Assembly (NCBI GenBank): GCA_027319565.1
Contig: DAHVNA010000022.1
Coordinates: 1-34,935, forward strand
DNA length: 34,935 nucleotides
Direction of reading: 5' to 3'
From: Elusimicrobiota bacterium
GTDB taxonomy: Bacteria > Elusimicrobiota > Elusimicrobia > UBA1565 > UBA9628
The notes beneath the pieces were generated by a model. It was not told the DNA's origin, searched no databases, and saw nothing but the letters and a program-made list of their open reading frames with translations. The translations under genes and the position numbers were made by a program. This document shows positions 1 through 10,055 of the stretch, piece after piece. Every line of letters starts with the position of its first letter. Position 1 is the stretch's first letter.

Positions 1-1076
1 AGCCTTAGGCTTGAAGAAGAAAAAAGAAGCGCGGTTTTTGTCGTTGAAATTGCGCCATGTTTAACTTGAAGGTCTCCGGAAATATCGATGGGGGAGATAT
101 TGGAAACTGGAATTTTAGGCCAGGGAGTTTCCGAGGGCTTAAGAGCTGGAGTTTTAAGTGAAAATTTTCCTTTTGCATCAATTTGATCCAAACTCCAGGG
201 CGCATTGACGGTTCCTTTCCAATGAGCAGAAAAAATAGAGCGCTTTAAATAAGCCAAGCGGCCTTTGATATCGGAGATAAGCTTCTGTTCCCCGCCCTTA
301 ATTTTTCCCGAGAAAGAGGCGCGGTAAGGGCCGCTCTGAAACTCAAAATGATTGAAATCAAGGTTCAGCGGGTTTTGATTTCCGGTTCCCACTTCGACGC
401 TTCCTGAATACTCAAAATTTCCGGACATCTCTCGGGCTTGGCTTGAAATCTTGGCGGAAAAATCGGATTTAAGCGACAAGAAAAAGGGGCGGCTTATTTC
501 GATGTGAGAGGCGGAAACCTTGGCGTTGGAAAAGCTAATCCGCGAGTGATCAAACGGATCATTATAATTGACCTGTCCGTTTAGAACGCTGACTTGCTCA
601 ATCCTAAATTTGCTTTTCCATGGGGCTGGCGCGTGGGAAGTTTGGGGTTGGGAATTGGCGGCTGCAACGGCCGTATTTGACGAAGTCCATAAATCAGAAA
701 AATTATAGGTTGAGGGGCCGGTTTTTTTGATGGAGAGGCTGAGGGCTTTAACGGTGATGCCCGAGACCACGATTTTTTTATGAAGAAGTTCTTTCCAGGA
801 CAAGCGCAGATTGGAATTTTGAAGCCGGGCGAAAGTTCCGCGGGAAAAATCGGGAGATTCCGAGACCGCAAAATCATCGATCGTGAGACCTTTGACCAGC
901 GACCAGGAGATTTTTCCAATCTTGATTTGCCGGTGAAATTGGGCTTGTGCCTCGTTGATGAGCGCTGCGCGAAATTTAGCGTAGGGAAAGAAATAGGCGA
1001 TTAAAAGGGATGCGGCCAAAAATCCGGTCGCGGCGAAAGCGGCGAGCGCTAGAAATATTTTCAGTCGGCGATTCAT
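1..1076 (-). CDS. AsmA-family protein, partial (runs off the left edge; absent from the ORF track)
   Basis: Hand translation from ATG 1076: MNRRLKIFLALAAFAATGFLAASLLIAYFFPYAKFRAALINEAQAQFHRQIKIGKISWSLVKGLTIDDFAVSE...YNFSDL. The frame is open to position 1. N-terminal anchor followed by an AsmA-like beta-rich N-terminus. Confidence 0.75.
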   Translation of the reverse strand, partial: MNRRLKIFLALAAFAATGFLAASLLIAYFFPYAKFRAALINEAQAQFHRQIKIGKISWSLVKGLTIDDFAVSESPDFSRGTFARLQNSNLRLSWKELLHKKIVVSGITVKALSLSIKKTGPSTYNFSDLWTSSNTAVAAANSQPQTSHAPAPWKSKFRIEQVSVLNGQVNYNDPFDHSRISFSNAKVSASHIEISRPFFLSLKSDFSAKISSQAREMSGNFEYSGSVEVGTGNQNPLNLDFNHFEFQSGPYRASFSGKIKGGEQKLISDIKGRLAYLKRSIFSAHWKGTVNAPWSLDQIDAKGKFSLKTPALKPSETPWPKIPVSNISPIDISGDLQVKHGAISTTKTALLFSSSSLR

Positions 1077-1143
1077 CAACCCATTATAACAATCTAGGGG
1101 CATCGGGCTTTGAAATTGAAGCCCGGCGTGCTATGATGAAAGA

Positions 1144-1725
1144 GTGCTTAGTTCTCTATCCAAATGCCGCTATATCGCCAGCGAAACTAAACCCGAGCGC
1201 GTCGTGGAAGCGTTTTCCGAGGTCGCTTTCGTCGGGCGCTCAAACGTGGGGAAAAGCAGTTTAATTAACGCCTTGTGCGGGCGCGATGTCGCCTACGTGT
1301 CTGGAACTCCGGGCCGAACCCGGTGTATTAATATTTTTGACGCGGGAGAAGGGCGCTTTCTGGTCGATTTGCCGGGATACGGATTTGCCAAGGGGCCCTT
1401 GAATGAGATTTTAAACTGGGGGCCCATGATTGAGACCTACCTTGCCTCGCGGAGGAGTCTTCAAATGGTGGTTTTAGTCGTTGACGCCAAGGTGGGCCCG
1501 ACGCCGCTTGATTCTCAAATGGGGCTTTGGCTCAACTCCAATCGGATCGATTTTTGCGTTACGGCCTCCAAGATAGATAAGGTCCAGCCCTCCAAGTCCT
1601 TCGCGCAAAAAAAAGCCGTCGCGAAATTTTTTGGAATATCAGCGGAAGAACTTTTCTGGGTCAATTCAAAAAATCAAGACGGAGTCGCGGCTTTAAGGGC
1701 CGAAATCTTAAAGGCTCTAGGGTGA
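1144..1725 (+). CDS. engB: Ribosome biogenesis GTP-binding protein YihA/YsxC (EngB)
   Basis: [17 protein letters not shown] (G1), TPGRT (G2), DLPGYG (G3), SKIDK (G4). Confidence 0.93.
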   Translation: MLSSLSKCRYIASETKPERVVEAFSEVAFVGRSNVGKSSLINALCGRDVAYVSGTPGRTRCINIFDAGEGRFLVDLPGYGFAKGPLNEILNWGPMIETYLASRRSLQMVVLVVDAKVGPTPLDSQMGLWLNSNRIDFCVTASKIDKVQPSKSFAQKKAVAKFFGISAEELFWVNSKNQDGVAALRAEILKALG

Positions 1726-2288
1726 AACCTTTGGTTCGGGCGAGACCCGCTTTGAGAGATAAGACAGTTTTGTTTTATAAACCATATGGGGTGCTTTCTC
1801 AGTTTACTTCGGAAGATGGGCATGCTTGCCTCGCCGGTTTTGGGCTGCCCAAGGGGGTGTACCCGGCAGGAAGGCTTGATTTAGACAGCGAAGGGCTTTT
1901 GGTTTTGACCAACAACGGCGAATTTCAGCATCGCTTGACCGACCCTCGTTTTGAGCATTCCCGCGCCTACTGGGTTCAAGTCGAAAATATCCCTTCCGAA
2001 GAAAATCTTGAGCGCCTAAGAAAAGGGGTTTTGCTTCAAGAGACAATGACCAAACCCGCATCGGTTCGGATAATCCCAGAGCCGGATTTGCCGCCCAGAA
2101 ACCCTCCGATTCGCTTTCGCCGCCATATTCCAACTTCCTGGCTTGAAATCACCTTGACCGAAGGCCGCAACCGCCAAGTGCGGAGAATGACCGCAAGCGT
2201 GGGGCATCCAACCCTGCGCCTGGTGCGCGTTCGGGTGGGAGATTACCGTTTGTCGGGTTTAACGCCGGGAGAGTGGCGATTTGTTTAG
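1722..2288 (+). CDS. rluE: rRNA pseudouridine synthase, RsuA family (RluE-like)
   Basis: [23 protein letters not shown] (catalytic Asp), [22 protein letters not shown] overlap with engB. Confidence 0.85.
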   Translation: MKPLVRARPALRDKTVLFYKPYGVLSQFTSEDGHACLAGFGLPKGVYPAGRLDLDSEGLLVLTNNGEFQHRLTDPRFEHSRAYWVQVENIPSEENLERLRKGVLLQETMTKPASVRIIPEPDLPPRNPPIRFRRHIPTSWLEITLTEGRNRQVRRMTASVGHPTLRLVRVRVGDYRLSGLTPGEWRFV

Positions 2289-2331
2289 AAATTTTTTAAT
2301 TCCGTCTTCTATTTCGCTAAAATAAGGATAT

Positions 2332-2964
2332 ATGCCACCTAAAAAAACAGAGACGCCTCGCCTGATCGACAAATATGGAAGCTGGGATGATGTGTATCGT
2401 AAAACTCCGCCCTCCGAGCTTCCGTGGAATGCGGGGCAGGCGGATCCCGAGCTGGTTCGCCTCATCGAATCTCAAGCGATTCCGGTTGGCCGCGCCATTG
2501 ATATTGGCACTGGCCCCGGGCATGACGCTATCTTTTTGGCTAAAAAGGGATTTCGGGTTTTGGCCTTAGACATCGCCGCTTCTGCTATAGAACTAGCTAA
2601 GATAAACGCCAAAAAAGCGGGGGTTGAGGTCGCTATCGATTACCGCGTTGAGAGCGTCCTTAAGCTTTCTTCTCCCGGAGGGACCGCGACCTTCGTCAAC
2701 GATCGCGTTTGTTTTGAGGTTTTGGATGAAGAAGATCGGCAGGATTACGCCCAGAAAATTTCAGAAGTCCTTATTCCCGGGGGTCACCTTTTTTTAAGAA
2801 CTTTTTCCGAAAAAGAGCCACCGGGGCCTGGGCCGCACCGCTTTACTCGCGAAGAAATAGAGAGCGTTTTCTCGAAAAATTTTGATTTCCTCGACTTCCG
2901 GGAGGGGGTTTTAGCGGGCCCTCGGCAAGCCAAGATTTACGTGGTCCTTTTGCGCCGGAAATAG
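2332..2964 (+). CDS. Class I SAM-dependent methyltransferase (TPMT/TehB-like)
   Basis: WDDVY..LPW, AIDIGTGPGHDAIFLA motif I, VLALDIA, LIPGG. Confidence 0.85.
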   Translation: MPPKKTETPRLIDKYGSWDDVYRKTPPSELPWNAGQADPELVRLIESQAIPVGRAIDIGTGPGHDAIFLAKKGFRVLALDIAASAIELAKINAKKAGVEVAIDYRVESVLKLSSPGGTATFVNDRVCFEVLDEEDRQDYAQKISEVLIPGGHLFLRTFSEKEPPGPGPHRFTREEIESVFSKNFDFLDFREGVLAGPRQAKIYVVLLRRK

Positions 2965-2989
2965 ACGTTGACTCGGACCTTTAAACGCC

Positions 2990-4120
2990 TTGAGAAAACG
3001 ATTTTTTTTAATCATCGCTATCGCCCTTTTAATCGCCTTTTATATCGGCGTTAACCTGGCGGAAATTCTTCCCACGCATCCCTGGCCGATGATGGCGATT
3101 TCTTTTTTTGTCGTCTTTTTGTTTATCGCTTGGCAGTGGAGTTACCGCCTTTCTTTCTTCTCGGAATCTCGCGCGGCCCTTTTCTTTGCCTGGATTGCCA
3201 ATATCGGCATTGGTATTTGGTTGACGTTTCTTTTCTTTGCCGCGCTTAAAGACGCCGTCATTTTAGCTTTGCCGCGGAGGTTTTTGCCTTTAATTGCCTG
3301 GCCGAGAGTCATTTTAAGTCTTTTTATCGCATCGGTTGTGATCGCCGGAATCGGAAGTTGGCAGGCTTTGATGGGGCCGTACGTTCGCCGCGTTTTGATT
3401 CCCGTCAAGGGTTTACCGGGTTTCTTAAAGGGCCTTAAGATTTTACAAATCAGCGATCTCCATGTCGGAGCCACGATTCGAAGATCCTATGTGGAAAAAA
3501 CGGTTTCAAGGGCCTTAAATCTTAATCCCGATTTGATAGCCTTGACCGGCGATATTTTTGACGGCGCTGTAGAGACTTTGTCGGTCCATTTAGAGCCGCT
3601 GCGCCGATTGCGCGCTCCCTTAGGCGTTTTTTACGTGACTGGAAACCATGAATATTTTTGGGGCGCGGCGATATGGGTTCAAAAAGCGGCGGAATACGGG
3701 ATGATTCCTCTGGTCAATGAAAATCGCATTATTCCTTTCAATGGGGGAAAATTTCTGATCGCCGGAATTCCCGATGAAATCAGCCGTTTTTTCGACAAGG
3801 CCAATGCCCCGGACTTTGAGAAGGCCGCGTTGAGCCAAGACGCGAATCTATTTAAAATCTTATTAGCCCATCGCCCGGGAGTTTATGCGGAGGCCAAAGC
3901 GGCTGGATTTCATCTCCAATTGTCGGGGCATACGCACGGAGGACAATTTTTTCCATGGAATCTGCTTATCGGTTTTTTCCATCGTTTCTATCGCGGACTC
4001 AACCGTTATGGAGATTTGTGGATTTATGTCAATTGCGGGACCGGTTATTGGGGGCCGGCCCAGCGTTTTGCCGTCCCCGCCGAATTGACCTTGTTGGTTC
4101 TATCAGACGAGGGGGTTTGA
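2990..4120 (+). CDS. Membrane-anchored metallophosphoesterase (YkuE-like)
   Basis: About 4 N-terminal TM segments; SDLH, TGD, GNHE, AH and SGHTHGGQ motifs. Confidence 0.9.
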   Translation: MRKRFFLIIAIALLIAFYIGVNLAEILPTHPWPMMAISFFVVFLFIAWQWSYRLSFFSESRAALFFAWIANIGIGIWLTFLFFAALKDAVILALPRRFLPLIAWPRVILSLFIASVVIAGIGSWQALMGPYVRRVLIPVKGLPGFLKGLKILQISDLHVGATIRRSYVEKTVSRALNLNPDLIALTGDIFDGAVETLSVHLEPLRRLRAPLGVFYVTGNHEYFWGAAIWVQKAAEYGMIPLVNENRIIPFNGGKFLIAGIPDEISRFFDKANAPDFEKAALSQDANLFKILLAHRPGVYAEAKAAGFHLQLSGHTHGGQFFPWNLLIGFFHRFYRGLNRYGDLWIYVNCGTGYWGPAQRFAVPAELTLLVLSDEGV

Positions 4121-4139
4121 CTCTTTTGACAATTTCTTT

Positions 4140-5408
4140 ATGGCTTTAAACAGCGAACAGGAGATTATCATTATCGGCGCCGGCGCGGCTGGTCTGATGG
4201 CCGCCGACGCCTTATCCCGGGCGGGAAAGAAATGGATTATCCTTGAAGCCCGCGGGCGGATTGGCGGCCGGATTTTCACCGTCCACCATGGGAATTCTTT
4301 TCCCGTTGAGCTTGGCGCGGAATTTATTCATGGGCGGCCCCGGGTGACTTGGGAGTTGCTTAAGCGTTTCCGGGTAAAAGCCGTTCCGGTTCCAAGCTCT
4401 CGCTGGCGCTTGGGTGAAGGCGGTTTTAAGCAAGATTTGAACTCATGGGGAAAGCTCTCTCAAGCGCTTTCTCATCTGAGGGTCCGGAAAAAAGATCGCT
4501 CCTTTGCCCAGGCTTTGGCGGAAATGAAAATTTCCGCTCCGGTCAAAGAAATGGCCGAGCGTTTTGTGAGCAGTTATCACGCTTCGGACATTCATAAAAT
4601 CAGCGCCAATGATTTGGCGTTTCAACAAGAAGCGGCAGGAGAATCCGCAATGGAGGGATATCGCTTGCCTAAAGGCTATGGAGATTTGCTTGAGAATCTG
4701 GCGGCTTTGCTTCCTTCTCGGGCGATTCAATTGAATCAGAAGGCGCTTCAAATTCGCTGGTCCCGGTCTCAAGTGGAGGTTCTGACTCAAAAATCGCGCT
4801 TTAAGGCCAAACGCGTTCTCATTACCGTGCCGCTGGGAGTCTTGAAATCCCCGGGCGCTCTTGTTTTTCGCCCCGCTCTTAGAGACAAGGAAGCGGCCTT
4901 AAAAAAATTGGAGATGGGGCTTGCGGCGCGAATTTCTTTCGTTTTTAGTCAGCCTTTTTGGAGAAACGCACCCCCCAGAAATCTCTCCGGCTTTTTTCAA
5001 GCCGAAGAGGCGGACATCCCGATTTGGTGGACCGGGCTTTCTCCGGATTCTCCAGTGTTGACTGGATGGCTGGGAGGCCCTAGGGTTCTCTCTATCGGAA
5101 GCCGGAATTGGTTCATGCGGCGGGGACTTGAGAGTTTAAGCCGGGTTTTCGGCCTTGATGGGAAATATTTAAAATCAAAACTCCTTAAGGTTTATTTCCA
5201 TGATTGGAGTTTGGATCCTTTTTCTCTGGGAGCTTATAGTTACTGCGGAGTGGGGGGAATGTCGGCTCGGAAAGACCTTGCGCGGCCGGTTGAGAAAACT
5301 ATTTTTTTCGCCGGAGAGGCGACTGACATTTCCGGTGAGGCTTCCACTGTCGCCGGGGCCTTTTATAGCGGGCTTCGCGCCGCGGAAGAAATATCTCATA
5401 TTCAGTAA
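4140..5408 (+). CDS. Flavin monoamine oxidase family protein
   Basis: IIGAGAAGL, EARGRIGGRI, ELGAEFIHG, GAYSY, FFAGEAT...TVAGA. Confidence 0.9.
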   Translation: MALNSEQEIIIIGAGAAGLMAADALSRAGKKWIILEARGRIGGRIFTVHHGNSFPVELGAEFIHGRPRVTWELLKRFRVKAVPVPSSRWRLGEGGFKQDLNSWGKLSQALSHLRVRKKDRSFAQALAEMKISAPVKEMAERFVSSYHASDIHKISANDLAFQQEAAGESAMEGYRLPKGYGDLLENLAALLPSRAIQLNQKALQIRWSRSQVEVLTQKSRFKAKRVLITVPLGVLKSPGALVFRPALRDKEAALKKLEMGLAARISFVFSQPFWRNAPPRNLSGFFQAEEADIPIWWTGLSPDSPVLTGWLGGPRVLSIGSRNWFMRRGLESLSRVFGLDGKYLKSKLLKVYFHDWSLDPFSLGAYSYCGVGGMSARKDLARPVEKTIFFAGEATDISGEASTVAGAFYSGLRAAEEISHIQ

Positions 5409-5477
5409 CCTGAGCCGCTCAAATCAGCCCGGAAGCGGCTTTAGGGCCTTAAAACCGCCTCCGGGGGACCTCTCAAC

Positions 5478-5927
5478 TTAAGAAGCTTTTTGCGGCTTTT
5501 TTTGCGCGCGCATTTTTTGGAATCTTTGGGAACGCGCGACGATGAGTCTCGCCCTCTGGATGGGAGTCAAGACATTGTTTTCTCCCGTGATAAACTCTTC
5601 GTTTATCTTTCTCATGCGTTCCTTGAGCTGATCGAAGGCCGCAAGGGTCGCCGCGATTTTGGCCTCAGGGGCTTTGGAGGCCAGCTCTTGGGATAACTGG
5701 GCCATAATCTGCCTGCGCCGAGAAAAAAGCGGGGACAGCTTTTCCCGCCTAGTCCCTAAAACCTCCAAGAGTTTTGGAACTTGATTGGGGCTTAAGCCCA
5801 AACCTTCCATCCAGTGGCTTTTTTGAGACGCGCTTTTGGCGCTCGCCCCCCAAGCTCCCAAGGACAACAGGCAGACAAGAAAGGCCGCTCCGATTTGAGA
5901 CCCCGTCACTCCCTTTTTTGCGTTCAT
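5478..5927 (-). CDS. Exported Spy/CpxP-like helical protein
   Basis: Signal peptide; LGLSPNQ and VLTPIQRA (LTxxQ-type motifs); RBS GGAGG upstream. Confidence 0.7.
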   Translation of the reverse strand: MNAKKGVTGSQIGAAFLVCLLSLGAWGASAKSASQKSHWMEGLGLSPNQVPKLLEVLGTRREKLSPLFSRRRQIMAQLSQELASKAPEAKIAATLAAFDQLKERMRKINEEFITGENNVLTPIQRARLIVARSQRFQKMRAQKKPQKAS

Positions 5928-6009
5928 CGTTTGATCCTCCCTTTAATTTGAGTTCTCCGGAAATTCTCCGGTCTTCATTTATACGGCTAACCCCTCAAAA
6001 AAGTTCCCC

Positions 6010-6038
6010 TTGACAGGAAAGAGGAAAGGCCCTAAACT
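6010..6038 (+). promoter_or_regulatory. Sigma70-type promoter of the ankyrin-caspase gene
   Basis: TTGACA (6010-6015), 17 bp spacer, TAAACT (6033-6038). Confidence 0.6.
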
Positions 6039-6065
6039 ATATTCAAGTCTGGATTAAATTTAAAA

Positions 6066-7643
6066 ATGAACCCAAAAACTGGAAGTTTCCAAAAGCTGTT
6101 CCCCGCGATTTTTTTGTTGGCCCTGCTTTTATCTTCTGTTTCTCAAGTCCGCGCTACTCCCAATGACGATTTAATCGAAGCCTCAATGCTGGGCCGCCTT
6201 AGCGCGCTTAAGCGCGCTCTTTCAAGAGGCGCCGACGTCAATTTAAGAGATGATATCGGGAGAACTCCTTTAATGTGGACCGCCATGACCGGGCACCCGC
6301 GCATCGCCCGCTATCTGATAAAGGTCGGGGCTCGAGTCGACACCCACGATGACGGTAAATGGACCGCTCTGATGCAGGCCGCCGATTATGGGCATGATAA
6401 TGTCGTCAAGGTCCTTCTCCATGCCGGGGCCAGCGTCAACGCGGAAAATAACGCAGGCTGGACCGCCTTGATGATCGCCGCCGAAGGCGGATACCCGGAA
6501 ATGGCCGAAGACTTAATTCAACACAAGGCCAATGTTAACGCCAAAAATAAATCCGGGAAGACGGCCCTGATGATTGCCGCGCAAAACGACAATATCGGAG
6601 TCATCAAACCCCTGATGGACGCGGGGGCCGATATCAACGCTCGGGACAACAACGGCTGGACGGCCTTGATGTATGCTTGCCGCAGCGGATATTCCGACGC
6701 GGTGCGCATTCTTCTTAAAGACGGCTCCGATCCAAACCTTGAAGACTCCCAAAATGAAACGGCCGCCGATATCGCCAATGTCGCCGGACACGAAGACATC
6801 GTCTCTTTGATCAACTCTGAATCGGAAGAATCTCCGCCTAGCCCGCCCACGCGAAAAATCTATTTTTCAGACGTCGACAATCCCTTATACCGCTTGCCGG
6901 AGCATCCCCATGATATCGCCTTGGTCATCGGGATTAACCGATATATCCATGACTTGCCGCACGCGAAATTCGCCAATCGAGACGCCGAAGCGGTCAAGGC
7001 GCATTTAATCGCCCTCGGCTTTCCCGAATGGCAAATCAAAACCCTCATCAACGATCAGGCCACCAAAAGCGATATTCTCGGCTACATTGAAAGCTGGTTG
7101 CCCAAGAACGTAAAATCGGATGGACGGGTTTTTGTCTATTTTTCAGGCCATGGGGCCCCGGATGTGATATCCGGACAAGCTTATCTTGTGCCCGTTGATG
7201 GCGATCCCAATTTCTTATCCCAGACCGCTATCCGCATTTCGGATCTCTACAAGGATTTGAATTCGCTTAATGCAAAAAAAATCATCGTCGTTTTAGACAG
7301 CTGTTTTTCTGGCAGCGGAGAGAGATCCGTCATCGCCGACAACGTCAAGCCCCTGGTTTCAAAGGTGGAATCCCTAACTCCCCCCGCCGGAAAGCTCTTG
7401 GTTTTTGCCGCGGCAAAGGGCAATGAAACGGCCGGAGTCTTGGACAGCCAAGGCCATGGACTTTTCACTTATTATTACCTCAGGGGAATTGACCGCGCGG
7501 ATCAAAAACATAGAAATTTAACGCCGAGGTCATTGTTCGATTATCTCAAAATCCGGGTCCGGGAAAAGGCTGCGGCTCAGGGACGCGATCAGGTGCCTGT
7601 TCTGGCCGGAAACACTTCCGGCACCCTCTTTACCTTCCGCTAA
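6066..7643 (+). CDS. Exported ankyrin-repeat protein with a C-terminal caspase-like (peptidase C14) domain
   Basis: Signal peptide; about 7 ankyrin repeats (GxTALMxAA...GADVNA); IALVIGI, FSGHG (catalytic His), LDSCFSG (catalytic Cys), GLFTYY. Confidence 0.9.
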   Translation: MNPKTGSFQKLFPAIFLLALLLSSVSQVRATPNDDLIEASMLGRLSALKRALSRGADVNLRDDIGRTPLMWTAMTGHPRIARYLIKVGARVDTHDDGKWTALMQAADYGHDNVVKVLLHAGASVNAENNAGWTALMIAAEGGYPEMAEDLIQHKANVNAKNKSGKTALMIAAQNDNIGVIKPLMDAGADINARDNNGWTALMYACRSGYSDAVRILLKDGSDPNLEDSQNETAADIANVAGHEDIVSLINSESEESPPSPPTRKIYFSDVDNPLYRLPEHPHDIALVIGINRYIHDLPHAKFANRDAEAVKAHLIALGFPEWQIKTLINDQATKSDILGYIESWLPKNVKSDGRVFVYFSGHGAPDVISGQAYLVPVDGDPNFLSQTAIRISDLYKDLNSLNAKKIIVVLDSCFSGSGERSVIADNVKPLVSKVESLTPPAGKLLVFAAAKGNETAGVLDSQGHGLFTYYYLRGIDRADQKHRNLTPRSLFDYLKIRVREKAAAQGRDQVPVLAGNTSGTLFTFR

Positions 7644-7670
7644 AATAAAGCAGGGAACTGTTCCTGTTTC

Positions 7671-9653
7671 TCAGCGCATCAAATAAGAAGTGAGATGAAA
7701 GCCGGTCCAGGACAGCGAATAGGCGACGACAAAAAAGCTTGAGAATTGAATGAGCGGCCATTTCCATCCGCCGGTTTCCCGCTGAACGACGATGAGTGTC
7801 GACAAGCACTGAAGCGCAATGGCAAAGAAAATAAGGAGACTGACGGCTGTTGCCAAGCTGTAAGCCGGCATTCCATCGGCATTGCGCGCGTTTCTGAGAA
7901 TATCAATGAGCCCGCGAGACGGCTCGGTCTCTCCACCGACGGAAAAAAGAGTTCCCAAGGTGCCGACAAAGACCTCCCGTGCGCTCAAAGAAGCGATGAC
8001 CGCGACGCTAATTCGCCAGTCATAGCCGATGGGCTTAAATACCGGCTCAATTAATTTACCCATCCGGCTTAAAACGCTCGAATCGAGATCGAGAGACTGC
8101 CGCTGAAACTCAAGATCGGCTAATTTGGCCTTTGAGCTTTCGGATAAAACCCCCGATCGTATTTTCGCGATTTCAGCCTTAATCGGAAGGCTCTGGGGAT
8201 TTTTAGGAAAAGAGGCCAAGGCCCAAATCACCAGGCTAATGGTAAAGATCACTCTTCCCGCCTTGACTAGGAAATGAGAAGAGCGCACCCAGACATAAAT
8301 TCCCAATTCCCGCAAATGCGGGAAGCGGTAGGGAGGCAAAACGGTCAACGGGACGGTAAAGTGGTCCTCGGCTTGGCCCAGCTTTAAAACCAGGGCAAAG
8401 AGAAGAGCCGCGACAATGCCAAAGGCGTACATTCCCGCCATCACCAGCGCCTGGGCGCTAAAGCCAAAAAACCGAAGCGAAGCCGGCACAAAGGCGGCGA
8501 TGATGAGGGTATAGACCGGAATCCGGGCCGAACAGGTCATCAGCGGACAGAGAAAAATCGCGGCCAAGCGCTTTTTTTCATCGGCGATTGTTCGCGCCGC
8601 CATTACGCCGGGAATCGCGCAGGCAAATGAGGATAAGAAAGGAACAAAGACCTTGCCGTCCAAGCCGAAGGGCCGAAAGGCGCGGTCTAGCATCGCCCCC
8701 GCGCGGGGCAGGTATCCGCTCTGTTCTAAAAAGCCGATCAAAGTAAACAAGATCGCGATCTGGGGAATAAAGGTCGCCACCGCTGAAATTCCAGACAAGA
8801 TTCCGTCGCAGACAAGACTGGAGAGAAAGCTGCCGGGAATCCATGAGCGCAGCCACTCCGTTCCAAAGCCGAACAGGGAAGACAAAGCGTCCGACAGCGG
8901 GCGACCCAGGGAAAACAGAGATTCAAAAACCAAAAACAAGGTCACCGCCAAAATCAAGGGCCCTATAACCGGGTGAAAAAGCCTGCGATCTATCTGGATT
9001 GAACGCTCAACGGTTGAGAGAATCTCGCCATCAGGGAGAGAAACGGCTTGGGACAAAGCCGCCTCCACGCGCGCGCGCGCGTTGTTTTCTTCTTCATCAA
9101 TTGAGGAAAAACGATTTTGAATCTTTGAACTCAAATTTGATTTTTCGGGCAAAGAAGCGATAAAAGAGCGAATTTCCGCGATGCCGTCTCCATAGCGCGC
9201 CGCCGCTGGAAAGACGGGAAGCCCCAATTCCTCGGAGAGTTTCGCGGCATTGATCTCAATGCCATTGTGGCGGGCCTCATCCATCATGTTGAGGACCACT
9301 CCAACGGAGTAGCCGCGCATTTTTAAGGCCGCGGCCAAGGAAAGGTCTTTCGCTAAATTAGAGGCTTCCGCCACGCAGAGAACAAAAAAATGCCCCTGAA
9401 TATCCGCGTCCAGGGCGGATTCCTCTAAAAATTGAAAGGCAATCTTCTCGTCTTGCGACATCGGGCGCAAGGAGTAGGTTCCCGGAAGATCGACGATCTC
9501 AATGGACTCATCTCCATCGCTTAAATTGCCAACGGCGCGCTCAACGGTGCAACCCGCGAAATTGGCGACCCGCTGACTGAGGCCGGTCAGAGAATTAAAA
9601 AGGGTGGTTTTGCCGGTGTTTGGACGCCCGGCGATAGCAACGACGGTTTTCAC
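7671..9653 (-). CDS. feoB: Ferrous iron transporter FeoB
   Basis: GRPNTGKTT, DLPGTYSL, NMMD, followed by the gate/membrane domain (LEQSGYLPR, MTCSARIPVY). Confidence 0.95.
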   Translation of the reverse strand: MKTVVAIAGRPNTGKTTLFNSLTGLSQRVANFAGCTVERAVGNLSDGDESIEIVDLPGTYSLRPMSQDEKIAFQFLEESALDADIQGHFFVLCVAEASNLAKDLSLAAALKMRGYSVGVVLNMMDEARHNGIEINAAKLSEELGLPVFPAAARYGDGIAEIRSFIASLPEKSNLSSKIQNRFSSIDEEENNARARVEAALSQAVSLPDGEILSTVERSIQIDRRLFHPVIGPLILAVTLFLVFESLFSLGRPLSDALSSLFGFGTEWLRSWIPGSFLSSLVCDGILSGISAVATFIPQIAILFTLIGFLEQSGYLPRAGAMLDRAFRPFGLDGKVFVPFLSSFACAIPGVMAARTIADEKKRLAAIFLCPLMTCSARIPVYTLIIAAFVPASLRFFGFSAQALVMAGMYAFGIVAALLFALVLKLGQAEDHFTVPLTVLPPYRFPHLRELGIYVWVRSSHFLVKAGRVIFTISLVIWALASFPKNPQSLPIKAEIAKIRSGVLSESSKAKLADLEFQRQSLDLDSSVLSRMGKLIEPVFKPIGYDWRISVAVIASLSAREVFVGTLGTLFSVGGETEPSRGLIDILRNARNADGMPAYSLATAVSLLIFFAIALQCLSTLIVVQRETGGWKWPLIQFSSFFVVAYSLSWTGFHLTSYLMR

Positions 9654-9889
9654 GGAATCTTAGGGACTTCTTGTACGTGAATATGTTTAAAGAGCCTCTT
9701 TTCAACGGCGAGAAGCTGAGAACCGACCAAACATTCAACCGGGTCTTTGAATGGGGTGGCTAGGATCTTGGTTACCGATACCCCCGAGCGAATTCCCATT
9801 CCCAAAAGGCAGGCTAAATCTTTTTCATCCAATCCTTTCAGGTCCTCAATTCGAACCGCGTGGTCAAGCGCGACTTCCTCTAAGGTCAT
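9650..9889 (-). CDS. feoA: Ferrous iron transport protein FeoA
   Basis: 79 aa, LLGMGIRSG...TPFKDPV; overlaps the feoB start. Confidence 0.85.
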   Translation of the reverse strand: MTLEEVALDHAVRIEDLKGLDEKDLACLLGMGIRSGVSVTKILATPFKDPVECLVGSQLLAVEKRLFKHIHVQEVPKIP

Positions 9890-9936
9890 AAGCTTTCCTC
9901 TCTTTAACGAAGGGCGGCTTCGCCCTCCTCACTCTT

Positions 9937-9965
9937 ATTATAACCTTATTGAGATTTAATTTCAA
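9937..9965 (-). promoter_or_regulatory. feoAB sigma70-type promoter
   Basis: Minus strand TTGAAA (9965-9960), 17 bp spacer, TATAAT (9942-9937). Confidence 0.7.
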
Positions 9966-9968
9966 TAA
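9946..9968. promoter_or_regulatory. Fur-box-like palindrome over the feoAB -35/spacer
   Basis: TTATTGAGATTTAATTTCAATAA inverted repeat, resembling TTGAGAATnATTCTCAA-type Fur boxes, lying on an iron-uptake promoter. Confidence 0.6.
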
Positions 9969-9980
9969 TAAAATAGATGG

Positions 9981-10009
9981 TTGTCTCCGCTTCTTATATG
10001 TGATAAAAT
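9981..10009 (+). promoter_or_regulatory. tRNA promoter, copy 1 (now drives only a tRNA 5' fragment)
   Basis: TTGTCT, 17 bp spacer, TAAAAT with an extended -10 TG; 5 nt upstream of tRNA nt 1. Confidence 0.7.
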
Positions 10010-10014
10010 CTTTC

Positions 10015-10055
10015 TGCGGGGTAGAGCAGCCTGGTAGCTCGCAAGGCTCATAACC
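10015..10055 (+). pseudogene. 5' fragment of tRNA-fMet (acceptor 5' strand, D arm, anticodon loop), truncated after nt 41
   Basis: TGCGGGGTAGAGCAGCCTGGTAGCTCGCAAGGCTCATAACC, then unrelated sequence with no T arm. Confidence 0.9.

Larger units (their letters stand above)
9976..10055 (+). repeat. 80-bp direct repeat, copy 1 (tRNA promoter plus tRNA nt 1-41)
   Basis: Identical to 11728-11807 (GATGGTTGTCTCC...GGCTCATAACC); the flanking bases differ on both sides. Confidence 0.97.

Noticed and set aside
5..1264. Short ORF-track calls 5-205, 581-919, 780-1004 and 1010-1264
   Set aside because: They are shadows of the long AsmA-like frame (1076 to <1) and of engB.
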